Source of the DNA: Malacoraja senta
Lineage: Eukaryota
DNA length: 64,000 nucleotides
Assembly (NCBI GenBank): GCA_038087875.1
Contig: CM075978.1
Span: 81,344,001 to 81,408,000 of the forward strand
Direction: 5' to 3'
Shown here: piece by piece, positions 14,649 through 26,094 of the stretch
How positions within the stretch are numbered: the first letter of the stretch is position 1
How the letters are laid out: each line of letters opens with the position of its first letter
Position numbers and translations under genes: made by a program
Notes under the pieces: model-generated
Told to the model about the DNA's origin: nothing
Seen by the model: the letters and a program-made list of their open reading frames with translations, nothing else
Database searches by the model: none

Positions 14649-15915
14649 TATAGATACATAGAAAATAGGTGCAGGAGTAGGCCATTCGGCCCTTCGAGCC
14701 TGCACCGCCATTCAATATGATCATGGCTGATCATCCAACTCAGTATCTCGTACCTGCCTTCATTCCATACCCCCTGATCACTTTAGCCACAAGGGCCACA
14801 TCTAACTCCCTCTTAAATATAGCCAATGAACTGGCCTCAACTACCCTCTGTGGCAGAGAGTTCCAGAGATTCACCACTCTCTGTGTGAAAACGTTTTTTC
14901 TCATCTCGGTCTTAAAGGATTTCCCCATTATCCTTAAGCTGTGACCCCTTGTCCTGGACTTCCCCAACATCGGGAACAATCTTCCTGCATCTAGCGTGTC
15001 CAACCCCAACATCGGGAACAATCTTCCTGCATCTAGCGTGTCCAACCCCATAAGAATCTTGTAAGTTTCTATAAGATCCCCTCTCAATCTCCTAAATTCT
15101 AGCGAGTATAAGCCGAGTCTATCCAGTCTTTCTTCATATGAAAGTCCTGACATCCCAGGAATCAGTCTGGTGAACCTTCTCTGCACTCCCTCTATGGCTA
15201 TAATGTCCTTCCTCAGATTTGGAGACCAAAACTGTACGCAATACTCCAGGTGTGGTCTCACCAAGACCCTGTACAACTGCAGTAGAACCTCCCTGCTCCT
15301 ATACTCAAATCCTTTTGCTATGAAAGCTAACATACCATTCGCTTTCTTCACTGCCTGCTGCACCTGCATGCCTACTTTCAATGACTGGTGTACCATGACA
15401 CCCAGATCTCGCTGCATCTCCCCTTTCCTAATCGGCCACCATTTAGATAATAGTCTGCTTTCCTGTTTTTGCCACCAAAGTGGATAACCTCACATTTATC
15501 CACATTATACTGCATCTGCCAAATATTTGCCCACTCACCCAGCCTATCCAAGTCACCTTGCAGTCCCCTAGCATCCTCCTCACAGCTAACACTGCCCCCC
15601 AGCTTAGTGTCATCCGCAAACTTGGAGATGTTGCCTTCAATTCCCTCATCCAGTTCATTAATATAAATTGTAAATAGCTGGGGTCCCAGCACTGAGCCTT
15701 GTGGTACCCCGCTAGTCACTGCCTGCCATTGTGAAAAGGACCCGTTTACTCCTACTCTTTGCTTCCTGTTTGGCAGCCAGTTCTCTATCCACATCAATAC
15801 TGAACCCCCAATACCGTGTGCTTTAAGTTTGTATATTAATCTCTTATGTGGGACCTTGTCGAAAGCCTTCTGAAAGTCCTCGATACAACACATCCACTGG
15901 TTCTCCCTCCCCCCA
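14649..15915 (-). mobile_element. CR1 LINE, 5'-truncated, young (RT C-terminal half plus 3' UTR)
   Basis: ORFs contain DFQKAFDKVPH...SGVPQGSVLGP...KFADDTKL and RPHLEYCVQFWSP...FTQRVVNLWNSLP. One frameshift, an ATAGAAAC-type tail and a 42-bp internal tandem duplication. Confidence 0.93.
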
Positions 15916-15919
15916 TTTC

Positions 15920-17900
15920 CATGCCAACAACCAACACTTTCATCTTGTTGATGTTGAGTTAGTTTGTTGTTCTGATACCATGATATAAAATTCCCAACCT
16001 CTTTTCTGTACTCTATTTCATCATTATTGTTGATCCAGCTGACAACATTGGCGAACTTAAAGATCAAATTGGCAGTGTACTTGGCCACACTAGGTGTACA
16101 GGGAGTAGAGAAAGGGAAATTGTACTCATTCCCGATGAGTACCAGCATTGAGTGTCAGGGTGGAGGAAATGTTATGACCACTTCTAAAGGGCCTGTCCCA
16201 CTTGGGCTACCTAATCCGCGAGTTCTTGCGCGTTTGCCCTCGACTCATACTCGCAGCACGAAGTTGAGGGAAGTCTTTGTAACTCTCCTTCATGCTCGAG
16301 AGTAGTCTCCGCATACTCGAGGCCTCAGCTAGGTCGCGCGTTTTTTTCAATATGTTAAAAAATGCCCGCAAATAAAAAAAGATCGCCGTGGAAAAAATCG
16401 ATACATTTTTTACTCGTAGGTTTAGTCGTAGTAGGTCATAGTAGGTCGTCATGTTAGTCGTAGGTAATCGAGGGTAGTCGAAGGTAGTAGTAGATAGTCT
16501 TCATCATAGTCGAAGGGAGGTTGAAGGAGATCGAAGGAGGTCGTCTTCACTCTCCACTATTCGGTGTCCAATTTTCCCAAAGTTGTAGCTAGTTGTAGCT
16601 AGTTGAATCTGGTCTTCAACATGGTCGAAGGAGGTCTTCTACATAGTCGAAGGAGGTCTTCAACATGTCATTTTTTCAAACTCTTCTAAACTCGCCAATT
16701 AGGTCACCCAAGTGGGACAGCCCCTTAATAGATTGAATTCTGCCTTTTAAGAATCAAGTTGCACATGGAGGCCCTGAGTTAAATGTTTAGGAATTTAGAG
16801 TTGATATTATTTGGTATTATGGTGTTAAAGGTTGAGTTACATCAATTAATATCATCCCGGCAATAGGTATTCTTACTGTCAAGGTTATCCAGAGATGAAT
16901 GTAGTTGAAGGGTGATGGTGCCCTCTACAGACATAATTTTTCTGTAGACAAATTGCAAAGGGCTTAGATTGTCCAAGAGACTGGTATTGATATGGGTTAT
17001 TATCAGTCTTTCAAATAATTTTATTATGGTCGATGTCAGAGTTTCTGGTTGGTACACAGTGAGATGGGTCACTTTACTTTTCTCAGGTTTGGAATCATGG
17101 AGGTTTGCTTGAAGCAGCTGGGGACAATAGGCTTTTAAAATGGAGACTGAAAATGTTGGTGAAGACTGGTCAGTTGATCGATGTACAATTTCAGATTCCA
17201 TCCAGGGACTGAGATTATACCCTCATGAAAGCAGCCACTGAGATGTATGAGAGCCAACTGAGGATGGAGGTACGCCTTGCTGGGACTTTGTTTGCCTCCT
17301 CAAAACAAGTGTAAAAGACATTGAGTTTATCCAATGGAGATGCATCGTTGCCAGAGATCGGCCCTGGTTTTGACTTCTAGCCCGGCATAGTATTCAGGAT
17401 CTGCCACATTTACCTGGAATGCACAATTGAATTGAGCCTCAAGTTTGTCTGTAATACTCTTTTTGCAGATATGATAACCTTATGGAGATCACACTTTGAC
17501 TTGTTGTACAGTCTAGGTGTATCTATCTGGAAAGCCCTGTATCTGGATTTTAGCAGAGAGTGAATCTCCCTATTCATCCAATATTTCTGGTTAGGATATA
17601 TTATTCATTGACTTTGGCATGAGGCAGTCTTTGACGTATTTAATGATTGAACTGGGGACAACTGAGGCATACATGTTCAGGCTGGATGAAGTGGTCTTGA
17701 ACATGTTCCATTAATATAATACTGAAGTTATACTCAGTCTCCTCAAACCAGTACTGTATTACTCTCTGCATTGATTCTTCATGCTTAAATCTCTTCTGAA
17801 GCCAGCGAGAGCAGCACCAATGATGATCAGACTGGCCAAAAGTAGGTTGAGGACTGGAGCAAAAGGTGTATTTTATGGTAGTACTTGATGGTGAGTGTAG
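15920..17900 (-). mobile_element. old Rex1/Babar-like LINE remnant, interrupted by the MITE at 16188-16725
   Basis: LTSTIIKLFERL...LSPLQFVYR...LDNLDSKNTY and INNNDEIEYRKEV...WYQNNKL RT motifs. Confidence 0.7.
16188..16725. mobile_element. PIF/Harbinger-type MITE
   Basis: TIRs AGGGCCTGTCCCACTTGGG...CCCAAGTGGGACAGCCCCT, TAA on both sides, CpG-rich GTCGTA/GTAGTC-like interior. Confidence 0.85.
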
Positions 17901-19297
17901 CAATAACAGTTAACTCACAAGAAGGTTGGTTATTTATTTCACCATTTTCCCCAAGTATGGCCTCTTTGGGGCTTGATTTAGATTGGTACAATTATCCAGT
18001 AGTGCACTGTGACTCACTGTCCTCAGCATATTACACCATGTATTTGTGTATGATTTGCACACTAGTAATGGCCTATGTATAAAAGTCACCAATATTTTGG
18101 AAGAAGTTTCTGTGTCAGTATATCAGCAGCTGCATTTGTAATCTAGTTTACTCTTGTAATGCTGATCAATGAAGTTTGGTGATACTTGTATGTTTTTTTT
18201 GACTGAAAAATTGAAGAATTAGTGGGTAAAACTAATGGTCCAAATTGTGCATGAGACACACTCAAGTACACTGCAATAGTCTCACATGCTTTTGGTGGCT
18301 GCATGACTCCCAGCAGCCTTGAGGCTTTGCATCTGCAGCTGTCCAAGGGAGAGCAGTCCAGGAGTGACAGCGAGATCTCAATAGGAAATCCTCTGATCCC
18401 CTTCTAATCATTTGTATTGCCCACCATCTTTACAATAAAATAATTTAGTTACATTACTACTGTAAGTAATTAAAATATAAATATAAAGTAAATTAAACAA
18501 AAAGCAAAAAATATTTCATACTCACTTATTTTTACACTGAAGTTTGTGATCCATTCGAATAAACAAGGCCATGACCATAAACAAAACAAGACCAAATAAG
18601 CCACGTATTTCAAGTGTAAACCAATGGATCAGATATGAAATATATTTGAAATGTATCGCAACTTATTTTAATCAGCAAATTCACCAGAATTCAGCTCTGA
18701 GTCTAGAAGCAAAATAGGTTGGTCAGAATAGGGGGGGACAAGGGGATACTGGCATCTGACCTCCAGTATTCTTCATACATTTGTGCTGTAATGCACAAAG
18801 GGGTGTGGGGTCTGTCAATGATTCTCTTGTAATCTGTCAACTGAATGTTTAGCCAATTTCTATTGCACAGCAAGATCTGAACATTGTTGATCTATTGAAT
18901 TTAAATAGGAATTATTTTGATGATCTTTTCACTTTCAGGAGCCGAGTCCATAAATGTTGCAGGTCAAACATTCAGGGGAACCCGACGTAACTTTAAACAA
19001 AATACTCTTCTTCTTTGGATTTCTCGTCCCCTCCTGACAGTAACAATTCTAGAGTCCCACATTGTGTCTATTGTTATTAAATTCTTCCTCCTCTTAAATG
19101 TACCCCTCTGCAACCATTCACAAGCCAGGGATTAACAAAAGTGTTCACTCCAATGTGATGAAGATCTAAAGTTGCATCAAATTTTCATATTCCCGCAATT
19201 GCATTGGTATCAGACAGTTGCTATTGGGGCTAAAATTTGGAGGCATTCACAGATATGTAGTTCAATGTGTTCTTCGAAGATTAAAATAACATTCAAT

Positions 19298-19498
19298 GAA
19301 AGATGCTACGACTCTTTGGAGACCTCTCACGACCATAGGCTGTATGGTCGTGAGAGGTCTCCTATGGTCGTGAGAGGTCTCCAAAGAGTCGTAGCATCTT
19401 TCTGGTCGCCGCTGAATTTTCAACATGTTGAAAATTTTGGCGACCTATCACGGGTGCTAGCAGTCTCCTATAAAGATCGCATAAGTGGAACAGGCCCT
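19298..19498. mobile_element. left-truncated Harbinger-type MITE with a perfect 42-bp internal palindrome
   Basis: Right TIR AAGTGGAACAGGCCCT followed by TAA; arms 19298-19339 and 19361-19402 are exact reverse complements. Confidence 0.75.
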
Positions 19499-19960
19499 TA
19501 AATCATTCCCAATTTGATTGTTGGTACATTTAGTAGCACAAATCTATTGCTTTTTCATCAGGTTAAAGTTCAAAAGAAATTTTTCTGACTCATGGAATCC
19601 TTTATTCTCTATGACTTTGTTATTTACTTCTCAATTACAGTCAATAATATTTTGTTAGTTCAATGAATTGGACTGCGATCTTTTCAGCAGAATGAAACAT
19701 AATGTGAAAAGAATAAGAAAATACAATGTGTATTGAATCTATTGTTCCCATCTGTGTCAGGAATGTTATAATAAACACTTGACGAATGAATGATCAAACA
19801 CTTACACCTCTGTTAGATATGATGGTGAAAAATAAGGTGTATTTTTCATATGCTGTGGAACAATGTTAGAAATGTTTTTCCATGGTCTGCTACAAATGTA
19901 TATACATACCACCACCTACTGGATAATGCCATATCTTACATGAAAAATAAAAAAAGAGCA

Positions 19961-20272
19961 TTTAGTTTAGAGATAGAGCGTGGAAACAGGCTCTTCGGCC
20001 CACTGAGTCTGCACCGACCAGTGATCCACGCACACTAGCACAAGCCTACACACACTAAGTATAATTTACACATACCAAATATACAAACCCAAGCCAATTA
20101 AGCTAGAAACCTGTATGTCTTTGGAGTGTGGGAGGAAACCGAAGATCTCAGAGAAAACCCACACGGTCACGGGGAGAATGTACAAACTCCATACAGACAG
20201 CACTCGTAGTCGGGATCGAACCCGGGTCTTCGGCGCTGCAACAACTCTACCGTTGCGCCACCGTGGCTGCCC
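19961..20272 (-). mobile_element. tRNA-derived SINE (HE1-like), full length
   Basis: Reverse complement of the 28070-28395 family. Confidence 0.88.
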
Positions 20273-20538
20273 TGAAATATGGGGAAAACCTGATCTTCCA
20301 TTTTGTTAATGTAGAGATATTATTAATGCATAAACAACTATAAAATAAACCAAATATGAGGAAAAGATATGTGAAAAACAAATGGAATGAAATAAGAGAG
20401 GGACAAATGGTTAGAATAATATGAAGAGGATTGAATATTAACAAAATGGTGTTCATTATATTTTTAACATGTTTATTATAAACGCATTTATTTACTATTA
20501 GCAATAGCATACTTTATATTTTATTCTTTTTATCTTAG

Positions 20539-20920
20539 ATCAAATGACAGGAGATCACACTCGGCTGGAGTTTCACAATATTGAAACAGGCATAGTAACA
20601 GAAAGGAGATACATGTCAAATGTCCCTTCAAATTTCATCGGCCACTTACAGAGCCTAATGTTTAATGGGATGCCTTATATTGACCTGTGCAAAAATGGTG
20701 ATATTGACTACTGCGAACTCAATGCGAGATTTGGTTTAAAAAGTATCATTGCTGATCCTGTGACCTTCAAGACGAAATCCAGCTATGTTGCACTGTCCAC
20801 ATTGCAGGCCTACACCTCCATGCATCTATTCTTCCAATTCAAGACTACGTCAGCAGATGGCCTGATACTCTTCAATAGTGGAGACGGCAATGACTTCATT
20901 GTAATAGAACTTGTTAAAGG
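20539..20920 (+). CDS. NRXN1: alpha-neurexin coding exon, end of LNS4 and start of LNS5
   Basis: Bounded by tcttag|ATCAAATG...GTTAAAGG|gtatga; 382 nt, phase 1-2. Encodes (D)[24 protein letters not shown]...[18 protein letters not shown]...[15 protein letters not shown]...[15 protein letters not shown](G). Confidence 0.96.
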
Positions 20921-21263
20921 GTATGATGCAGCATTTGAATTATTTTTAATGCGCAAAATCTGAAATTGTTTCCGAGTATTTTTGGTAACTATGCTTGAAT
21001 GTTGTACCCATATCTTTAATTATGTTCTCTAAAACTAAAATTCAGCATACTTTAAATCTGTGCCAAAATTGTTCCTGTATGTGATATATAAAATAAAAGT
21101 GTCCTAGGTGTAAAATCTTGATGACGATATAGATCAGAAAGAATACTGTTTTTTAGTTTGCTTTTGAAAAGGATATTTAACTGGGTCACAATACTAAAAT
21201 TAATGTATCCTCTTCCAATATTAATGTTGAACACTAACTTGTTTATTTTTCCCTTCCCCACAG

Positions 21264-21454
21264 GTACTTACACTATGTATTTGATTTAGGCACTGGTCCA
21301 TCCCTCATTAAGGGGAACTCTGACAAACTGCTGAATGACAATAAGTGGCATAATGTTCTAATTTCAAGGGACACAAACAACTTGCACACTGTGAAGATCA
21401 ACTCCAAGCTCATCACTCAAAATACAGTTGGAGCCAGGAATCTGGATCTCAAAG
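21264..21454 (+). CDS. NRXN1: alpha-neurexin coding exon, LNS5
   Basis: Bounded by cccacag|GTACTTA...CTCAAAG|gtaaac; 191 nt, phase 2-1. Encodes [63 protein letters not shown]. Not in the ORF track because it has no start codon. Confidence 0.95.
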
Positions 21455-21832
21455 GTAAACATTTCCTTCTTTCCATTACAAAGTAATTTTTGTTTTGATT
21501 TTCTTGTGGGAAATGCTAATTTTATTGTTCTAATTTAATCTGCATTAGTTACTCAGATTTACAATTGTTCTTCAGAATAATCACTCCTTTATTTGATTAT
21601 ATTAATTGTTGTTTATTTATTGTTGCAAGTGGAATTTACAAAGTCAAAATTAGCATGAGTGAGATCTGAAATTTTACACACCAAAGTTGCATTCAGGCGT
21701 AAAGAAAATGACTTGAATTTTGTGGAGGTTGTCCCAGAATCCATGGTAACGATATGATGGAGACAAAAATGCAAGGCTATCAATAAAGGGCCTGTGGATA
21801 GAATGTTGTAATGTATGAAAGAAAGTGGGTTC

Positions 21833-22059
21833 AGGGCCTGTCCCACTTTCACGACCTAATTCACGACCTCTGCCGAGTTTGCCCTTGACTCATACTCGCA
21901 GCATGGTCGTAGGAGGTCGTAGGTAGGTCGTAGCAGGCCGTGATGCTAGTCTTACGTACTCATGGCAGCAAGTAGATCGGGGCGTTTTTTCTAGCATGAT
22001 GAAAAATGTCCACGAGTAAAAAAGGTTGTGAATTAGGTCGTGAAATTGGGACAGGCCCT
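21833..22059. mobile_element. PIF/Harbinger-type MITE
   Basis: 37-bp TIRs (2 mismatches) starting AGGGCCTGTCCCA; flanks TTC and TTA. Confidence 0.85.
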
Positions 22060-23089
22060 TTAGCCTTTGCTCTACATTTAAGTGTGTTGGGATTGTTTAT
22101 GGAATGTGACGTGCCACATGGACTTTGCTTACAATCTGTGGATTCAGAAAAGTTGCTGTAAGATATCTTTAATCCCCCTTCTAGTTTAGTTTAGTTCAGG
22201 TCATTGTCACATATACCAAATACAGCGAAAAACTTTTGCTGGTGCTATATCCAGTCAGCAGAAAGACAATATTTGATCTTGTATACATTGGAAGTAGGCA
22301 AGTAGCCTGGAAACGTATGTTTAATCTAAGTATTAGTCACTCTGTCACCACCCCTCCACCATCTCTGCCTGCCAGAAGAAATAATGTTGACAACTGGTGT
22401 TTATTGAGTGCAGTAAACATAATACACATTTCAAAGCACTTCACATTATCACTCCAATTGGGATACCAAGCCGTGGACATATGATTTATACTTGTCTAAA
22501 TGTTTCATCAAAGTGATAGGTTATAACACAGAAGGGGAGGAGGGAGAGGTGGTATCGTTTAATGGGGAGATTTACCGAACAGAAAAGGGCGAGCTGACAG
22601 CGACCTTGATATGGACAGTTAGGGAGGGATCAAAAATTGCTGACCTGGTCATAATACCAATGCAGCAGCATCTGCAGTTATTAATTACATTGTGTATGAC
22701 TGTTTCATTTAATGAGAAGATCACATTTTATTGCCTTTGCCCCCTTCACAATCTCCATTCTCTGCCACGTTCCATCTTTCCTATGATATGTGTTGAAATT
22801 GAGCCTTGCATATTAACAAATTTGACTCCAGGCTGAGCTTCGGACAACATGTTTCAGTCTTTCACCAGGTTACAACTCAACCTCCACTCAGCTGTTTGCA
22901 AAACCCTCACCTGTACTTTAGATGTAACTTTCTGCCATGCTACCGATTGGCTTCCGTTATTCTTCCTTACCATGGTGGTTATGAAAGGAACTATATTTCT
23001 TGTGATTAGATCTGTATTCAAGTGGGACATCAGGAATAAACCAAGCCTCTGAATCTAACATAAGCGGTAGGGATGTTAATAGAAAAATT

Positions 23090-24135
23090 CTAGGGGTAAG
23101 ATTAATCAGGGATTAATCAAGAGCATTGTTTTGTTAGTAAAAAATCCTAAATGAGGGCAGTACTATTTGACTTAAGTAAGGCCCCTTTACAATACACATG
23201 GATGACTATTCCCAAAGAATAAAGCCTGTTGAATCCGGGAGCAAGTTAGCAAATTGGAATTGATAATTGGCTTGGTTAGAAAAGCAGGGGATAATAGCAA
23301 AGGTTTCTTTTGTAATTGGAAGCCTGTGGCCAGGGGATTTGGGCTGAAGCACTTGCTATTTATTTTTTAAAAAGATTGATAATTGGATATGAAGAAAAGG
23401 AGATGTGATTAATAGGTTTGCAGATGACATGAAAATGAGTGATGTTGATAGTGATCATTGTAGTCACAGGGTGATATTGCTCAGTTGGTAAAACGGGCAG
23501 ACTTTAATGCTGATGAGGTGATGCAATTTGGTTAGGATATACACAATGAATATTGATGATGATGATGAGGTGATGCAATGTGGTTAGGATATACACAATG
23601 AATATTTGGCCTGAGGAAATGTTGGGGAATAGAGGGAACATGAGTTCAAGGATCTAAGGATCCTTGAAGGTGGCAAATTAGATAGATAAGGCACTGAATA
23701 AGCCATTTAAGATAGTTGCCTGGACATAGAGTATATGAGCTGGATTAATGTGTACAGTTCTGGTTGCAACACAATATGAATGTTTTTGATTGCACTTGAG
23801 AGATATATTATTTTAGTTATGATGAGAGACTGGATAGATAGGGTTTGTTTTACTTGAAGCAGAGGAAGCTGAGAGAGCACCTAATAAAGATTTTAAAAAA
23901 ACTACGAGGGTCACAGATATAAAATATATATGGGAGGAAACTTTTCAATATGGCAAATGTGTTGATAACATGGGGACAAAGGTTTTATGGTCAGGGGTGA
24001 GAGGATTAGAGGAGATTTGAGGATTTTGTTTTCAACATTTAAGTGGGGGTAAATGGGATTTATATGGACAGGTACGTACGTGATGGTCAGCATGGTCATG
24101 TTGGACTGAAGGACCTAGTTTGGTGTTGTGTAACT
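23090..24135 (+). mobile_element. old CR1 fragment containing a 44-bp near-tandem duplication (23511-23606)
   Basis: Degenerate FADD (TTTGCAGATGAC at about 23417) and CR1 3' UTR motifs. Confidence 0.7.
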
Positions 24136-25006
24136 AAAGTTTTTGGGGATGTATTTGGATTGTTTAATTTTTTTTAATATGTTATATGAAAGGGGTTGAA
24201 AGTTGACTATTTCTTGAACAAGCAACATTTTACCTCAATCCTCTGTATCTTCTAAGAATAACAGTAATAATATGACCACAATCTGGCAATATTGATTATG
24301 CTTAGTCACTCCTGCCATATATTTCTGGGAGGCATTTGGTAGGTAAAGAAGATGTTCGGGGATGTCATATGAATAGATAAATCATGTGTCTGTTTCCTGC
24401 CAAAATGGGGGCACATTGAGTAAACATCTACCATGAAAACTTGATTGGTGGCAGCCACCAATCATATTTGTAGGTATTGCTGCAACTACCTGCCAAACCT
24501 GAGAGAAATTACTAAACAAGAGCCTGCTCCACAGCGAATTACATGCATATTATGTCACCTTCAATCAAGGAACCTGCTGCTGTAATGTCCTCCATAGCAA
24601 ATTGGAAGTCTTTTGAAATTAATGTTTTTTTGTTGTTCTCATTTCCTGCATAGCTATTTCACAAAGAGTAAACTGAAAACATTATCCTGCAGATAAATAT
24701 TCCTCACCCTTCAGTGACTTTAGCCCTTACAGGCTTGGCAAAGGCTGACTGTAATTGAAATTAAATTCACTTGTTTTCTAAAGGCTATTGGAATTCTTGT
24801 CCCTTCTGCACACTGTGACACTTGAAACAGGATTCTTCTTCATCTGCATTTCTCTCGATCAGTTCCCCACATTTTGAACATGGGTTGCAGCACTATTTTA
24901 TCTTTGTTCAGATGCTAAGAGCTAATGCTCCACTGGTAATTAATATTACAAAGAATCTCATGCATTGGATTGGTAACTTTTAGTATTCATAATTACGTGG
25001 AAATAA

Positions 25007-25140
25007 ATCTGATGAATGGTCTTGACCTGAAACGTCACCCATTCCTTCTCTCTAGGGACGCTGCCTGTACTGCTGAGTTACTTCAGCATTTTGTGTCTTT
25101 CTACGGTTTAAACCAGCATCTACAGTTCCTTCACCCACAT
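25007..25140 (+). mobile_element. solo Penelope pseudo-LTR with hammerhead core
   Basis: CTGATGA-A-TGGTCTTGACCT-GAAAC-GTC, then the same tail as 61810-61890. Confidence 0.8.
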
Positions 25141-25960
25141 TTTGTGAAAAGCAATGATTTCTTAGTTGCTAGAATCGTATAATGCCTAGCAAAGGAAAAT
25201 GGCTGGTTAGCCATAAATAAATACAATTTTTTGGTTGATTTGATTTTCCTGGAGATTTCTAACCGACTATGGTGCTAACACAGTATAACTCGACTATCAC
25301 GTGCTAAATAACAAGATAAACCTTCCCTGATTTAAAGAAAATAATTTAAGATTAATGCACTAAAAATCATTGGTGGATCTTAGAAAATTAACCCGATAGT
25401 GTAGTCTAAACATGTGGATCATCTGACTCGGTTACAACCATCTGTTGCTCACTTTGATAATGCTTTGAACCGGTTTGTCAGAATCTGAGATAATCCACAA
25501 TTAATTTATAGATATTTCATTTATTGAGTTGAATATATCTGCCACCAATAATGTAACTGAAATTAGAAAGAATTTAAGGAAAAGGCACATCGAGCAATAA
25601 ATGCATCAGCAATTGCATTCAAATTATTTGATTCAAGCAATTGAAAAGGGAAGCATTTGATCAAGGTAGCAATGGTTACTGGTCATTATTACAGACATTG
25701 ATGGTGTGAAAAATGTCATGTTGTAGTCGATAATTTCCAGGATGTGCCATGGACATAGGTCTGTTGTGTCCCCTAATCTTTCCGTTTCATGATCAATTAG
25801 CTTTCTGGTCTGAACTAGCAAATGGAGTATGCTTACCAGTAAGCTTCCCCTCTGAATTCATAAACATATTTTGTCAAAATAAACCACAAGTATATTTATT
25901 TTAAACCACATCTCCATGAGGGTTATCATCAACTTGGATGAGGAATAAAGAATGGAGTCT

Positions 25961-26094
25961 TTGTGTAAGAAGGAACTGCAGATGCTGGTTTACACCGAAG
26001 ATAGACACAAAATGCTGGAGCAACTCAGCGGAAAAGGCAGTATCTCTGGATAAAAGGAATGGGTGATGTTTTGGGTCGAGACCCTTCTTCAAAC
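25961..26094 (-). mobile_element. solo Penelope pseudo-LTR (inverted relative to 25007-25140)
   Basis: Reverse complement of the same family; hammerhead core mutated (TTGAAGA...AAAAC). Confidence 0.8.

Noticed and set aside
14740-16148. Long RT ORFs as an active or domesticated reverse transcriptase
   Set aside because: 5'-truncated, frameshifted CR1 fused to an unrelated Rex1 fragment; no endonuclease or ORF1.
18860-19010. Possible ancient Deu-domain SINE remnants (also about 10380-10510 and 39560-39850)
   Set aside because: The resemblance is too faint to support without an alignment.
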